A stretch of 64,000 nucleotides of DNA from Octopus bimaculoides (lineage: Eukaryota). The position numbers were made by a program, and so were the translations under genes. A model generated the notes under the pieces. It did no database searches. It was given only the letters and a program-made list of their open reading frames with translations, and had not been told where the DNA came from. The stretch is from positions 3,388,540-3,452,539 of the forward strand of contig NC_068994.1 of NCBI RefSeq assembly GCF_001194135.2. The letters run 5' to 3'. Below, piece after piece: positions 11,561 through 24,436 of this stretch; position 1 is the stretch's first letter; the number at the start of each line of letters is the position of its first letter.

Positions 11561-13485
11561 CCGGATTCTCTCACCAGCCCCACCCACCACCCCTAATCCT
11601 AAGTGGTCGCTAGACCTGCTAGAAATAACGAATACATTTCACTCAAATCATATCCATTTCTGTCTTTTAAAAAACAAAAGGAAACAGATCTTAAGTATAG
11701 AGCGTTTCTATAACATAAACGAGATGGTCACGGTTGGGATGTCTTTGATGATAGGTCTTCTGGATCAGAGCTGGCTTGGTGTTAAATAACATCATCATCA
11801 TCACCACCACCACCGCCATCATTGTCGTCCCAACATCCCCCTTCCACCACCACTTTCACACCTCTTCACCATGAGGCTCCAGTCAGAGAGTTTCCATATG
11901 AACCTAGCTGAACGTGCCGCCTTTGATCATGATCTTTGATCATAGATCTGCTCGATCAGAGCTGACCTTGGGTTAAACAATCCCCCCCACTTCTAGAAAT
12001 ACCAATCACTACCACCACCATCGCCCATATCCACCAGATCTACCACACCCACTCACACCACCACCACCACCACCATCAACAACAACAACACGCTCAAGAC
12101 TAACCTCCGCCACCACAACCACCACCACCATTAAACAAAATCCTCCTCTCACTCGACAAATCAGCTATCATGCACTGATCACACTCAACTAATTAAAGGT
12201 GTGATTAAAAGACTCTGTGACGTCACTGGCGCCTGAATTGGTTTATCTCCCTTCGACGATTTTTTATATACAAGATTGAACGCGAATCATTTAGAGTTAT
12301 GTCCCCTAACCTTTTTTTTATCATTATAATTAATAGAGCGCAATTTTTTTTATGCATGTGTTCATATACACATATATATATACTTGCACACATACCTTGT
12401 TATAGGTATGTGTCACNNNNNNNNNNNNNNNNNNNNNNNNNNNNNNNNNNNNNNNNNNNNNNNNNNNNNNNNNNNNNNNNNNNNNNNNNNNNNNNNNNNN
12501 NNNNNNNNNNTATATATATATATATGTAATACATTGATTTATTAGAAAGGTTCTATGGAGCATACGGCAGAACAGATGGTGAATGGACCAAACTTTGATG
12601 CTGGGCCTTAAGATCAAAACTACAGTCAACGAAGATTTTGAGCTTTGATAATTAGGAGGAAAAGGGTTTAAGTTATTTGTCTTCGATTTCTTACTGTAGG
12701 ACAGGACAGACCTGTAGCCATCAAGACAAGGTTTAAGAAAATATGACGTTGTAGCATATTTTGTTTTATGATGATGCAACGAAACTCTTAACTCACAACA
12801 ACCTTTCTTGTACAACGTTTTAAAACAGTTGTGTGTTTCTTTTGTAAGTCTATTTCAGGAAACCCACATAAAGATCATTGCTAAATATTGATCTATATTC
12901 AATACATTTGACCTTGAGTAACAGGTCAGTATTTAAGACAGAATTGACATTTCTCTGGATAGTCACTTTTTTTTTCATTTCACAACGTTTCACTCTTCAC
13001 GGTGGCTAAATACGTCTATTGATTGTGAAGATTAAGATTTCAACCAACTAACTTTCTACTCAAACAGAAGTCTTGAAAAGAATGTAGATTAACCTTTGAT
13101 GAACTGAAAATTGACGAAACAGTTTGCATATTTAAAGAAGAAACACACCAAAGATGTATTGAGTCGTTAATTCTTCACTCGTTATTCACTTATTCTTTAA
13201 AATACGAATGAATATTCTACCAAAAGTTAAAGCTACATCCGTAGAGCTTGGCTCAATAAGATTCTTTCTGTATAAAAGCATTAAGACTTCTGTTTCACCC
13301 ATTACTACTTAGCTATTTCTGTACAATTTGTACGAAACCTTTGAGTTATGAGGTCATCATAAATTAAAAATTAAAGTATAAAACAACATCGCTGATTATT
13401 TTTATTTCCTAATTTCATTTGATATTTTCTGAAGTTTCGTTCAACTCATGACAAACAACAGATGTTCAAGTCAACACACACACGC

Positions 13486-13563
<78 letters not shown>

Positions 13564-15028
13564 CACGTGTAGAAACAACAGAATTCAGAACGGAATCTCT
13601 TGTACTGTTGAAACTGGTTTCTATTCTTAGTTGTATTTTTTCTGAAATAGAAACCAAAACCGAAAAGAGAAATATTCTTTTGGGTTCTAACAGAAAGAAA
13701 AAAGTTTCTACTCTCTTTCACAAAATATAAATTGAACAACCAGTTATAGAAAATAAAGTCGAGTTGTTGTTAGTTTTCATTCTTTGTTTTATAGAATCTA
13801 TCCCTAAATCATGGCACCATTTATTAACCATAAAAATGAAAAGGTTTCAGACTTTAAGTAATAAAATAAAGAAACAACAATATTATTTAAACAGTTTGTT
13901 TCCACGAAATCTTTGGTTGGATAGACCCATGTAAACATAGAATCTACCCTAGATACTCCAGACAGTCTTTTATCCACCCGAGGCAGTCTTTAAAATCTGA
14001 CACAAAATGGTCCATAAGTGAGATGATAAAACTATTACATTGACGTATACACCCAGCTGAAACAGACAAGGAGAACTTTTTTTTTTTTTTAAACTATTAT
14101 CTTTATATTTTCTTAAGATGTTTCAGATAAATTTTCCTAACAAAACACAAAGCAAATTGGTTTTTTTTTTAAATAACAAATCTAAAATAGAAAAGCAAGA
14201 GAAATATGTTTAAAGTCAAAAACGAAATAACTACAGAAATTTGGGGTGTATTGTGAAATATATAGTGTTACATTAATCCACCCGGAATTAAATTGCATTA
14301 GCTGAGACACTTAGAGACTTTCCATCAAATACATAGACTTTCTGGCAACAGCTTTTTCAAATCTTATGAAGTTTTTTCTTTTAGTCATTTGTTGTAAACT
14401 TTCATGTAATTCTGAGAGAGAGCGTTCACAGGCAAAACTGTCCTCCTCCTCTCAAAACTGTATCAGTTATTTTTTATGAGACTAAATCATTTCTCTAGCT
14501 TGGTTTTAGTAGTAGGAAATGTTACATGGCTGACAAATGGGATGTAAATTGTTTAAATACTTTCAAATCAGACGTTTTTAGAATAAAGCATAAACAGACT
14601 GTATGTTTATAAATAAAAATACTAATTAGATATAAGTGTTGTATATTCGAATTCAGAACCATGGCATCAGGTAGAATTTGTTGGATTATAACAAATTTGA
14701 ACACATATATTTATGTAACATTATACCCAAGTTAACCAGTTATTTGTATAAAAATATAAAGATTTTTAAGGACAGTTAAAACAGAAATCAAAATGAGAAA
14801 AGATTTAACAATTTCTGAGGAGAGATATACTTCTATCAGTTTTAATTTGAATTCATATCAATGTTTTAGTTATAAATTTTGAAAATTAAAAAGCAACATC
14901 AACTAATTGCTATTTGTTTATTCGATTGATTTTCCGTAAAATTCTGAATGGTGTTTCAGGTTTTATGTGCAATAATGTACGTGTGTGTGTGTGTGTGTGT
15001 ATATATATATGTGTGTATGTAATTTATG

Positions 15029-15068
<40 letters not shown>

Positions 15069-17193
15069 TCTCGTTATACATTTTAGACCCTTCTAGTATT
15101 TATTAGTCATTCTATGAAGGCTGAATCCCATATTTAACACACACATGCACACGCACGCACGCACACACATGCACACGCACGCACGCACACACATCTTTAT
15201 ATATTTTTATACGTTAGCCTGTCTAGTTCTGTCGTTCTGTGTTAACGAATATTAAGGTGTGTCAATAAGAAACATGTAAAGTTTAATTACAGGTGATAAC
15301 TAAAATGTTTAATTACAGGAGAAATCTGATATATCGTAGTTTAGATTCTACCTGTAAATAATCACCTCTATATTAAATTGAAAGGAAATACAGTTATTGT
15401 TAAATGGAAAAGGAAATATCGGTGAATTAATTAAGGCAACAAAAATATAAATGAAATGACATTAGACCAGAGTCCCAATACATTATACTTTAGAGTATGG
15501 TTGTAAGAAAAATGTCAGATTTCAAGAGGAAGATTTACTTTAAGAAATACGAGGAGACATCTTTAAAATTGGAAAATTAACAAGTTATATAAATTAGGAA
15601 CTTTTTTTAAATACCAAAACATTCAAATTAATTAAGAGTTTATTCAAATGTTGTTGTGTTCTAGTAAATAGAACTGGATAAATCGAACTGCAGTAAATGG
15701 GGCTAATCGAAACGAGCAATTATTTGATTTTTTTGTTATATTTGATGAAGAATATGGGGCAAATACACAGTAGTTGAGAAGTAATGATGTATGTCAATAT
15801 TGTAATGTATGTCATGAAAAGAACATACGTAAGTTTGAGTCCCCTTTTAGTTTATTAATTAATTTATTAATTAGTTATTAATTTTTTTCTTCTCTAGAAT
15901 CATAAACGGGTCTGGCAAAATCACCGACTGAGAGACTCTAGTTTTATTGTGTGAACGATTAAGGTAGTAACTTTTTGTAAAGACATGAAAATAGAAAAGG
16001 GAAAGCCAGGTAAGTTGGTAGAGACGTAGCTATATAAATGAAGGTGTTGTTAGATGAACATAGAATTCCTTTTCGTTATTAGATTCATCCTGATTCTTTT
16101 AGGCTGCCCGCCTTTTCACACATGATCAATTGGGTGTCTATATTATTCATTAATTAGCAAATTACTCGATTAACAAAACAATCTTAGTGACATTTAAAGC
16201 TGAACTTTATACCGTATCACTAGAATAAATATTAACTGGAACCTATGAAATGTAGCGTAGTGAAGGACATAGATATACAACAGTCTCTCGCCGCCAAGCC
16301 ACTACACCTATTAACCAATACGTTTAGAGTTACAATCACATATTTTTGTGTTGGAGAATTTTAGCTTTCCAGGTTATTCCTCAACTAGTAAGTTCATTTA
16401 CTGCCATAATTTTCGAGAGAGAAACTATTTGATATGACTATAAGCCAAAGTCTACAGTTCTACTACCAGCATTAGTGAATAAATTAACTTTAGTTTTTTT
16501 TCCTATCTCTTCAAAGGGAGAGACATTGAAAGCAGATCTAGTTTAGATATGGTAGGAAAATAACCAAAATCAATGTAATTTCTTTCAGATGAATTCCAGC
16601 AACACAGACAAAAAGAAACAATGAATTCTTGTGAGAGCGTTCAGTGTTTTTTCTTGCCGTTGTTTTCTGTAACATTTCTATGTAGTGGGTAGTAATATTG
16701 ACCAATTATGGTTTGTCTAGATTATGAGATTATCAAGCAGTTAGCCTCCACATTCCCACTTCTAAATACAAACTGAAAAGTGAAAAATAACTCCAGATAG
16801 AAGAAAGGGAACATTGCTATCGATGCTGCAGAAGAGAATCTGATGAAAATTACGTAAATATCTATGTGTCTAGCAGATTGGTTTCTCATCTGGGTCGAAA
16901 GCTTTTGAGTGAATCAAGGTCTGTCACGAAAGGTGCCGTCCTAACTTTCCGTAAGGCTTTCAAAGGGAGGACTTTTCTCTCTCTCTACACTTATTGCAAC
17001 CTGTCAGTCCTGATTGTAAGGATTATTAAACTTAATCAAATTGAACCCTTTTTTTTTTAATAATTTACATTTAGAGAATATTTTAGACATACTTATATAT
17101 GTGCATGTATGATCATGTATGTATGTATACATATATATATGTGTACGTCTGTATATGTATTTCTATACACACACACATTCATTTATGCATGTG

Positions 17194-17319
<126 letters not shown>

Positions 17320-17439
17320 CGCGTGTGTGTGCGTATGTTTTTTCTCTATAAAATTTAGGAATTTGGGAATTACAGGAACAATTAAGCAATATTGAAAGGT
17401 GGGATATTTTTTTTTCCAATTGGTTTAGAGAAGAGAATT

Positions 17440-17900
17440 GCTGTGTGTTATTTAGTGGAGTTTCTCTGGTTGTAGCCAGAGCACGGGAGGAGGAGGAGGT
17501 CTACAAACCTGGACAGCTGCGCCAGTTATCCGTCACTCGCTGGTTCACCATATATATACACACTTTTGCAGCTACATCAGTGTAGATTTACGCGGCCACC
17601 TGAGTAAGAAAGCAAAATACATACACACACTTCACTCACGAAATAATACGACGCACAGACAGACCAGAATTAGTTTTATTTGCGGAATTTTTTTTACCAA
17701 CAAGCGTCAACATAATGAGTCGGCAACCAAGGAAGAGGGTAGAAGCCAAGGGGAGATAAATCCAACTGTTCACAGGGGAAGGGTAGTGCTCGGCCATGCT
17801 TCAGGTCGATTTAGGAGAGAGAGAGAGATGACCGGCTTCTGGTTGGAATATCTTGCGTTATAAAAGCAGACTAAGGTTTAATATACTGTAAGAAAATAGT
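17440..17900. promoter_or_regulatory. Locally CpG-richer unique segment; possible promoter/first exon of ZNF-A
   Basis: Visibly more CG dinucleotides than flanks, non-repetitive, minus-strand GTGAGT donor-like site at 17639-17634. Inference only. Confidence 0.2.
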
Positions 17901-18237
17901 AAATAGTTTAGGGAACAGTGTTCTGTTGTTGATGGGTTAAATGATGATGTAGATCGCGATTTAGTTGAGCTTGACGAGACGTTCTTAATGGCACAGAACT
18001 GTAAACACAAAAGTGTTTTCTAGTTTATATATATAACAGTAACTCATAAAAATATTTATTGTGTTTATTAAATATATATAAGTTTAGTAAAATATATATT
18101 TTATTTTGTAATTTTCCTGTTTTGTTTTATTTTGTAAAAAATAAGTGGCAAGCACGAAAATCTCAGTTCTTGACTCATGCCACTTTGTAACTTCTGCTGA
18201 TCAGTACATACACACACACACACATACATACACACAC

Positions 18238-18289
<52 letters not shown>

Positions 18290-18370
18290 ACATACATGTG
18301 TGTGTATTCTGTGTATATCCTCTCTATATTTATATTTCCTCGCATGCATGCATACATACACACACACGAT

Positions 18371-18404
<34 letters not shown>

Positions 18405-18427
18405 ACACACACATATATATATATATA

Positions 18428-19304
18428 NNNNNNNNNNNNNNNNNNNNNNNNNNNNNNNNNNNNNNNNNNNNNNNNNNNNNNNNNNNNNNNNNNNNNNNNN
18501 NNNNNNNNNNNNNNNNNNNNNNNNNNNNNNNNNNNNNNNNNNNNNNNNNNNNNNNNNNNNNNNNNNNNNNNNNNNNNNNNNNNNNNNNNNNNNNNNNNNN
18601 NNNNNNNNNNNNNNNNNNNNNNNNNNNNNNNNNNNNNNNNNNNNNNNNNNNNNNNNNNNNNNNNNNNNNNNNNNNNNNNNNNNNNNNNNNNNNNNNNNNN
18701 NNNNNNNNNNNNNNNNNNNNNNNNNNNNNNNNNNNNNNNNNNNNNNNNNNNNNNNNNNNNNNNNNNNNNNNNNNNNNNNNNNNNNNNNNNNNNNNNNNNN
18801 NNNNNNNNNNNNNNNNNNNNNNNNNNNNNNNNNNNNNNNNNNNNNNNNNNNNNNNNNNNNNNNNNNNNNNNNNNNNNNNNNNNNNNNNNNNNNNNNNNNN
18901 NNNNNNNNNNNNNNNNNNNNNNNNNNNNNNNNNNNNNNNNNNNNNNNNNNNNNNNNNNNNNNNNNNNNNNNNNNNNNNNNNNNNNNNNNNNNNNNNNNNN
19001 NNNNNNNNNNNNNNNNNNNNNNNNNNNNNNNNNNNNNNNNNNNNNNNNNNNNNNNNNNNNNNNNNNNNNNNNNNNNNNNNNNNNNNNNNNNNNNNNNNNN
19101 NNNNNNNNNNNNNNNNNNNNNNNNNNNNNNNNNNNNNNNNNNNNNNNNNNNNNNNNNNNNNNNNNNNNNNNNNNNNNNNNNNNNNNNNNNNNNNNNNNNN
19201 NNNNNNNNNNNNNNNNNNNNNNNNNNNNNNNNNNNNNNNNNNNNNNNNNNNNNNNNNNNNNNNNNNNNNNNNNNNNNNNNNNNNNNNNNNNNNNNNNNNN
19301 NNNN
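18428..19304. other. Assembly gap (877 N); other gaps at 12417-12510, 24153-24306, 34561-34570 and 49468-49590
   Basis: Runs of N, mostly abutting microsatellites. Confidence 0.99.
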
Positions 19305-21429
19305 TTTATTTCACTATAAATTTCGATATAATCGTAATCTACTCACTCGGAAAGATGTTTGTAGAGAATTTCTTTGAAAAAAGAAAAAAGAAAAGCATTT
19401 TCCCGAAAGTTCTGACGAAACAAAGCCGACTCGTGTGAATTTTCCGAAACTCCTCTCCCGTATCCACGCAAAATTTATTTCACTATAAATTTCGATATAA
19501 TCGGAATCTACACCACCTGAAGCATATATATATATGTGTGTGCGTGCGTGCTTTCCGTTGCTCAGGAGCTCGTTTTTTTTTTGCGTCAGAGTAAAACTTT
19601 TCAGAAATCGTTAGATACTTGGAGCTTACAAACAGTTTCTTCCCTCGTTTCTCGAAGCTGAAGACGTCGTTGAAAAATTTAGTTTTGCATGAGATAGTGA
19701 AGATAGAAGCTCTCACTTTTTTTTTTAAGGATTGTATAAGACCTCGAAATATACAGCTTCAGATAACGTTTTTCACCGTACCGCCCCAAGAGTAATCTAT
19801 AATCACCTTTGCAATCTGATACGCTTGATATAATTCATTCATATCAATATCTTAAAAGTGAAGGCCTTGACAATATCACAAACTTCTGGTTAAGTTCCGA
19901 CAATTGTTATAAATACGCTATGTCTCTTTCATAGAAAAGAAATGAAATCTGCTTTAAACGTTTTCGATACATCAAGGGTCAGCTGGCATAGTTTGGTGCT
20001 AACTGCCACGAAGGCACTGTTTCTCTTTGACATATTTTCAAAAAATACGTTCCATCCCGTCTGACAAAATGTGTTTTCATATACAAAATAGCATTATTCA
20101 CTTTTAATTGTCTGCTATATTTATCACCAGTGGTGATCCTTTATGTATCTTCCTCTTACACGTTGCTTAAATCTCAACTAGAACTTAAGGACTATTTTCA
20201 CGCTGAGCACGTACTTTTTAGACATCAAGAGAAAAGAAACACTACTTTGGATGCTTTCCTATTCTTTGTTGACATCTGGGAATGAGCTCATTTCAAAGTA
20301 TCGTCACCAAAACTATTTCTTTCTACAGAACTTTATTCTACTTACTGCTTGGATTTAGAACTGTCTTGAAGTACTCTAAATATCCTTCCAACCTTTATAT
20401 TTTTCTTTTCTAACCAGCATTTTTGTGTCAAAATCTCTCTATAAACTAAATGTTAAAAGCATTTCATACACACAGAGGCAAGGCCATCATTTTCCTTCAT
20501 CTTTATTTTGTTGTCATTTCGTCTCTTTTTCTTTCTTCAACCCTCTCGTACATATATATGAGTTTATTCCTGTCTCGTAAACTTTAATAGTCAATTCTTC
20601 GTCTTCTTCATATGTCTGTTTCTTTCTCTCCATTCGGTCATTCACCTTATTTATTTTTAACATCCTCTTTCCTAAATATGTTCTCTACATTACCTTGTAT
20701 TTACTCTGTCTTAAGGAAACCTTTATCATGTTTCCATCTTTTAATTTTTCTATATTTCTTTATCATTCCCCCATCCCCGCTTCTGTCTTTCTCTTTTCCT
20801 CTCTGTCCCACAGTTATCTTAAATTATAAATATTACAATATAAATGCTTAAATCTTAGAATTTCTGTATTTGTAAGCCAAATTCTCCAAATTCTCCAAAT
20901 ATATATATATCACCCATACAAGCTTATAGTATGTAACATTATAATACCTGGGGCTAATGCAATTTCGAACCTCTCCTTGAAAAAAGCATTTTTTTAAAAA
21001 AATATTTTCAGATCCCTACGTTTTAGATGTCGGAGATTACGAATATGCTCCCCCACCCCAAATTTACCTTCCCATTTAAAATTTTGAACTTTTTCGAAAT
21101 TTTTTCTTACTTATGTTTTAGATGACGGAGATAGATTCCGAATATGGAAGAAACCATGTTTTCAAAATTTTAAATTCAAGAAGCATATATATAGATATGT
21201 GTATAAAGAGATAGATCCTTGTGAGTGGATTTTGTAGACGGAAACTAAAAGAAGCCTGTCGTATCTTAATTTACTCTACTGGACCACCCCTCCAGGTTTA
21301 AATATTTTGCTTGTTGTAGATGTATGACCAATTTATTGCCTATAAACAAAATCTTGTCTGGCCCCACCAAAATCTTATAGGGAGCCTAGTCGAGAACTAG
21401 TGCTTTAAGCACACAATAGCCAGAGACAA

Positions 21430-21760
21430 ACACACACATGGCTGTGTGGTTAAGAGTCTGCTTTAGAAAACCTTAGTTCCTGGTTCAGTCGCTTGTCATG
21501 GCACCTTGGTTAAGTGCTTTCTCACTTCAAACTGGCCAAAATCTAGTAAGAGGGTTTAATAGACAGAATCTCCAGGAAGCTCATCATAAATATGTGTGTT
21601 TGGATGTTGACATTGCTGAGTGACATTACAACCAGTTGCTGTTTTCAAAGACCTGTGAAATTTACGAGTCTCTTACTTGAAAAACAGTTAAGGGATGCTG
21701 ACAGGAAGAGTATTTGGCTGTAAAACCCTGCCTCAACTCCTTAGATATAAAGCAAACTAT
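21430..21760 (+). mobile_element. Degenerate copy of the same SINE family
   Basis: catggctgtgtggttaagag..ggttcagtc..ggcaccttgg..aagtg head and acaggaagag..ggctgtaaaa tail. Confidence 0.55.
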
Positions 21761-22149
21761 ATATGTATATATATTTAATTTTGTTTTCCATGTGCCATTC
21801 TTACACGGTTTCTGTAAGAACGGCTTTTACATTATTTGTATGAATATCTCTAGCTGGCCAAGGCAGGCTGTTTTCATGGTGGACGAGTGTGGGGCACTGA
21901 AGAGTCGAAATGACCATCAGATATGAATATCTCTCACTCTCTTTCACTTCCTGTGTAATTTTGTTTTGCCTAGCTTTGAAGTATGCTGTGCTTTTAAATA
22001 ATACATCTTTAATGGGGTCTACTCTCAACAAAGTACCACCGTTTCACAGCTTTTAAGCACACACATAAAGTGTTTACATTATATAAATTGCTTCAAACAC
22101 AAATTCTAGTATATATTCATCATCGTTTAACGTCCATTTTACACACACA

Positions 22150-22310
22150 CACAAAATATGACAGGCTTCAATACGATTTCTGTCTACCAACGTCACTCAC
22201 AAGGCAGTGGTGAGATCAAGGTTATATAGAAGACACTTGCCTGTAGTACCACACAGTGGGACTGAACCCAAACTATGTGGTTCCAATGTGAACTTCTTAA
22301 CCACACAACA
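22150..22310 (-). mobile_element. SINE head, reverse orientation
   Basis: gaagacacttgcc..cacagtgggactgaaccc..cttcttaaccacaca is the reverse complement of the 26413 head. Confidence 0.6.
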
Positions 22311-23263
22311 ACCAACAAAACAAACAAACAAACAAATAAATGAATAAAGTCAAAATTCTCATAAATTCCTGATATTCTCTTTTTTTTTTCTTTTTTTCTT
22401 GAAGCTTTGAAAATTTAATTTCAAACTGCAAAAAAAAAACATTCATACAGAGATAATGAGAAATAAATAAAACGGGAGGGGGGAGAGGGGAAAGAGAAAA
22501 ATAAAAACGAACCCACAAATAAATTCATTTTTGACCATGTAATTAAGGGAAGAAAAGTAAGGAAAAAGTATCAGATGGGACGACATCAGATATGATATAC
22601 TGAGTGGTAGCCCTGCTTAAACAACACAACCTGGCCCTTAGCTGCCCTTTGATGGGATCAACTCTGTTGAATGTAGTCAGGCCTGCTCTACAATCTAAGA
22701 TAACTTCCTCCCTTGTTCCTATTTGTCTCAGACACCCTAAAAAGGGTCAGAGATGGCTTGGTTCCCCTTTTAGCTGAGCCAATAAAAAGATACAACCACA
22801 TCCTTCAGGATCTGGCTGACTGTAGGGCTCCACTCAGAATGGGGTTTTAAGAATTATTTTCGAGGGGAATATTTCTGTTGGTGACAATGTGTTTGATGAA
22901 GACTAAGAAAGATTTATTAAGTAAATGTCATTATTTGCCACATTTGGGTAGAGTTTTTACATACGTAAGCAGTGTGTGAAGCCTGGTATATATGTATATG
23001 TTTGTCATATTTACAGTATATAACATTACTTTACATATAAACGGAGGCTTCATTCAAAAGTTCATATCATGATACCCATCAGAAATTTTCTGTGGATAAT
23101 GCTAAAAATATTTTCAGTTTTTCAAAATATTTTCTTGTCTCACAAACAACAATCGCAGATTTCTAAATCCCATATTGTCTGGATAATGATTCAAGATGTA
23201 ATGGAAAGATTTGATATAAAAGCAAAATAATAATAAGAATAACAATAACAATAATAATAATAA

Positions 23264-23458
23264 TGGTTTCAAATTTTGGCACAAGGCCAGGAATTTCGAG
23301 GGAAGGATTAAGTCGATTACATCGACCCCAATATTCAACTGGTACTTATTTTTATCAAGCCAGTAAGGATGAAAGGCAAAGTCGACCTCAGCGGAATTTG
23401 AACTCAGAATATAAAGACAGACAAAATGCTTGGCAGCATTTTGCTCGGTGTGCTGACC
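23264..23458 (-). mobile_element. Second SINE family, reverse copy with (TAA)n-like tail, adjacent to a long (AAT)n tract
   Basis: ttcaaattttggcacaaggcc..ggatgaaaggcaaagtcgac..gaatttgaactcagaa is the reverse complement of the 33737 copy; (AAT)n at about 23464-23556. Confidence 0.7.
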
Positions 23459-23462
23459 GTAA

Positions 23463-23517
<55 letters not shown>

Positions 23518-23525
23518 TAATAATG

Positions 23526-23557
<32 letters not shown>

Positions 23558-23705
23558 TGGCTTTTTGGTCGATTGTACAGAATTTGAGGATGTGTATAGT
23601 TTGACAGAGGTCAGATGAACAAAACTTTGGTTTGGATATGTAACCGTTTACATATGACACACACACACACACATATAAAGGTATGAATACACACAGACAT
23701 ATATA

Positions 23706-23741
<36 letters not shown>

Positions 23742-23921
23742 TGTGTGTGAATATATATGTATATAAACATACATACCCGTGTATGTGTCTGTGTATGAAC
23801 TGTATAAGTTTAGGATGTATTTCTGTATGGTTAATGTCGAGGTTTCGATTAGTTTGGTGTTTGTGAAAAATGAAGGATGAAATGAAGACCAAAACAAGCA
23901 GGGGCAGCGATGGAAGTCTGA

Positions 23922-24370
23922 CTATTTGCTCTGTCTCAAAGTACATGGGAAGACACTGGGGGAATTAGTCCAACCTGTGCCCCAGGTAGGGGACATGGCA
24001 GGGAAACCTCTGGCCCAGGAATAACTATTTTCCCAGTTCTGAAGGGTCTGGTGACTGCATGTCGATGGGATACTCAATGGCTGCAGGATCAAGGTGGGAG
24101 GGTTTGGCTGCTGAATACCAACACCACCACCACCGCCACCACCACCACCGCCNNNNNNNNNNNNNNNNNNNNNNNNNNNNNNNNNNNNNNNNNNNNNNNN
24201 NNNNNNNNNNNNNNNNNNNNNNNNNNNNNNNNNNNNNNNNNNNNNNNNNNNNNNNNNNNNNNNNNNNNNNNNNNNNNNNNNNNNNNNNNNNNNNNNNNNN
24301 NNNNNNCTGTGAAGCATGTGGGGTGGAAGATGGTGCAGGGGTTGGGTGTTGCTGTTGTTGCTGTTGTTGT

Positions 24371-24436
<66 letters not shown>

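Noticed and set aside
18145-19438. 347-410-aa ORFs
   Set aside because: They exist only because they run through the 877-N gap.
24025-24152. RWWWWRWWWCW...ELGK C-terminus given by the ORF track for ZNF-B
   Set aside because: Frame artefact of the estimated gap length; the paralog-conserved motif is in another frame.
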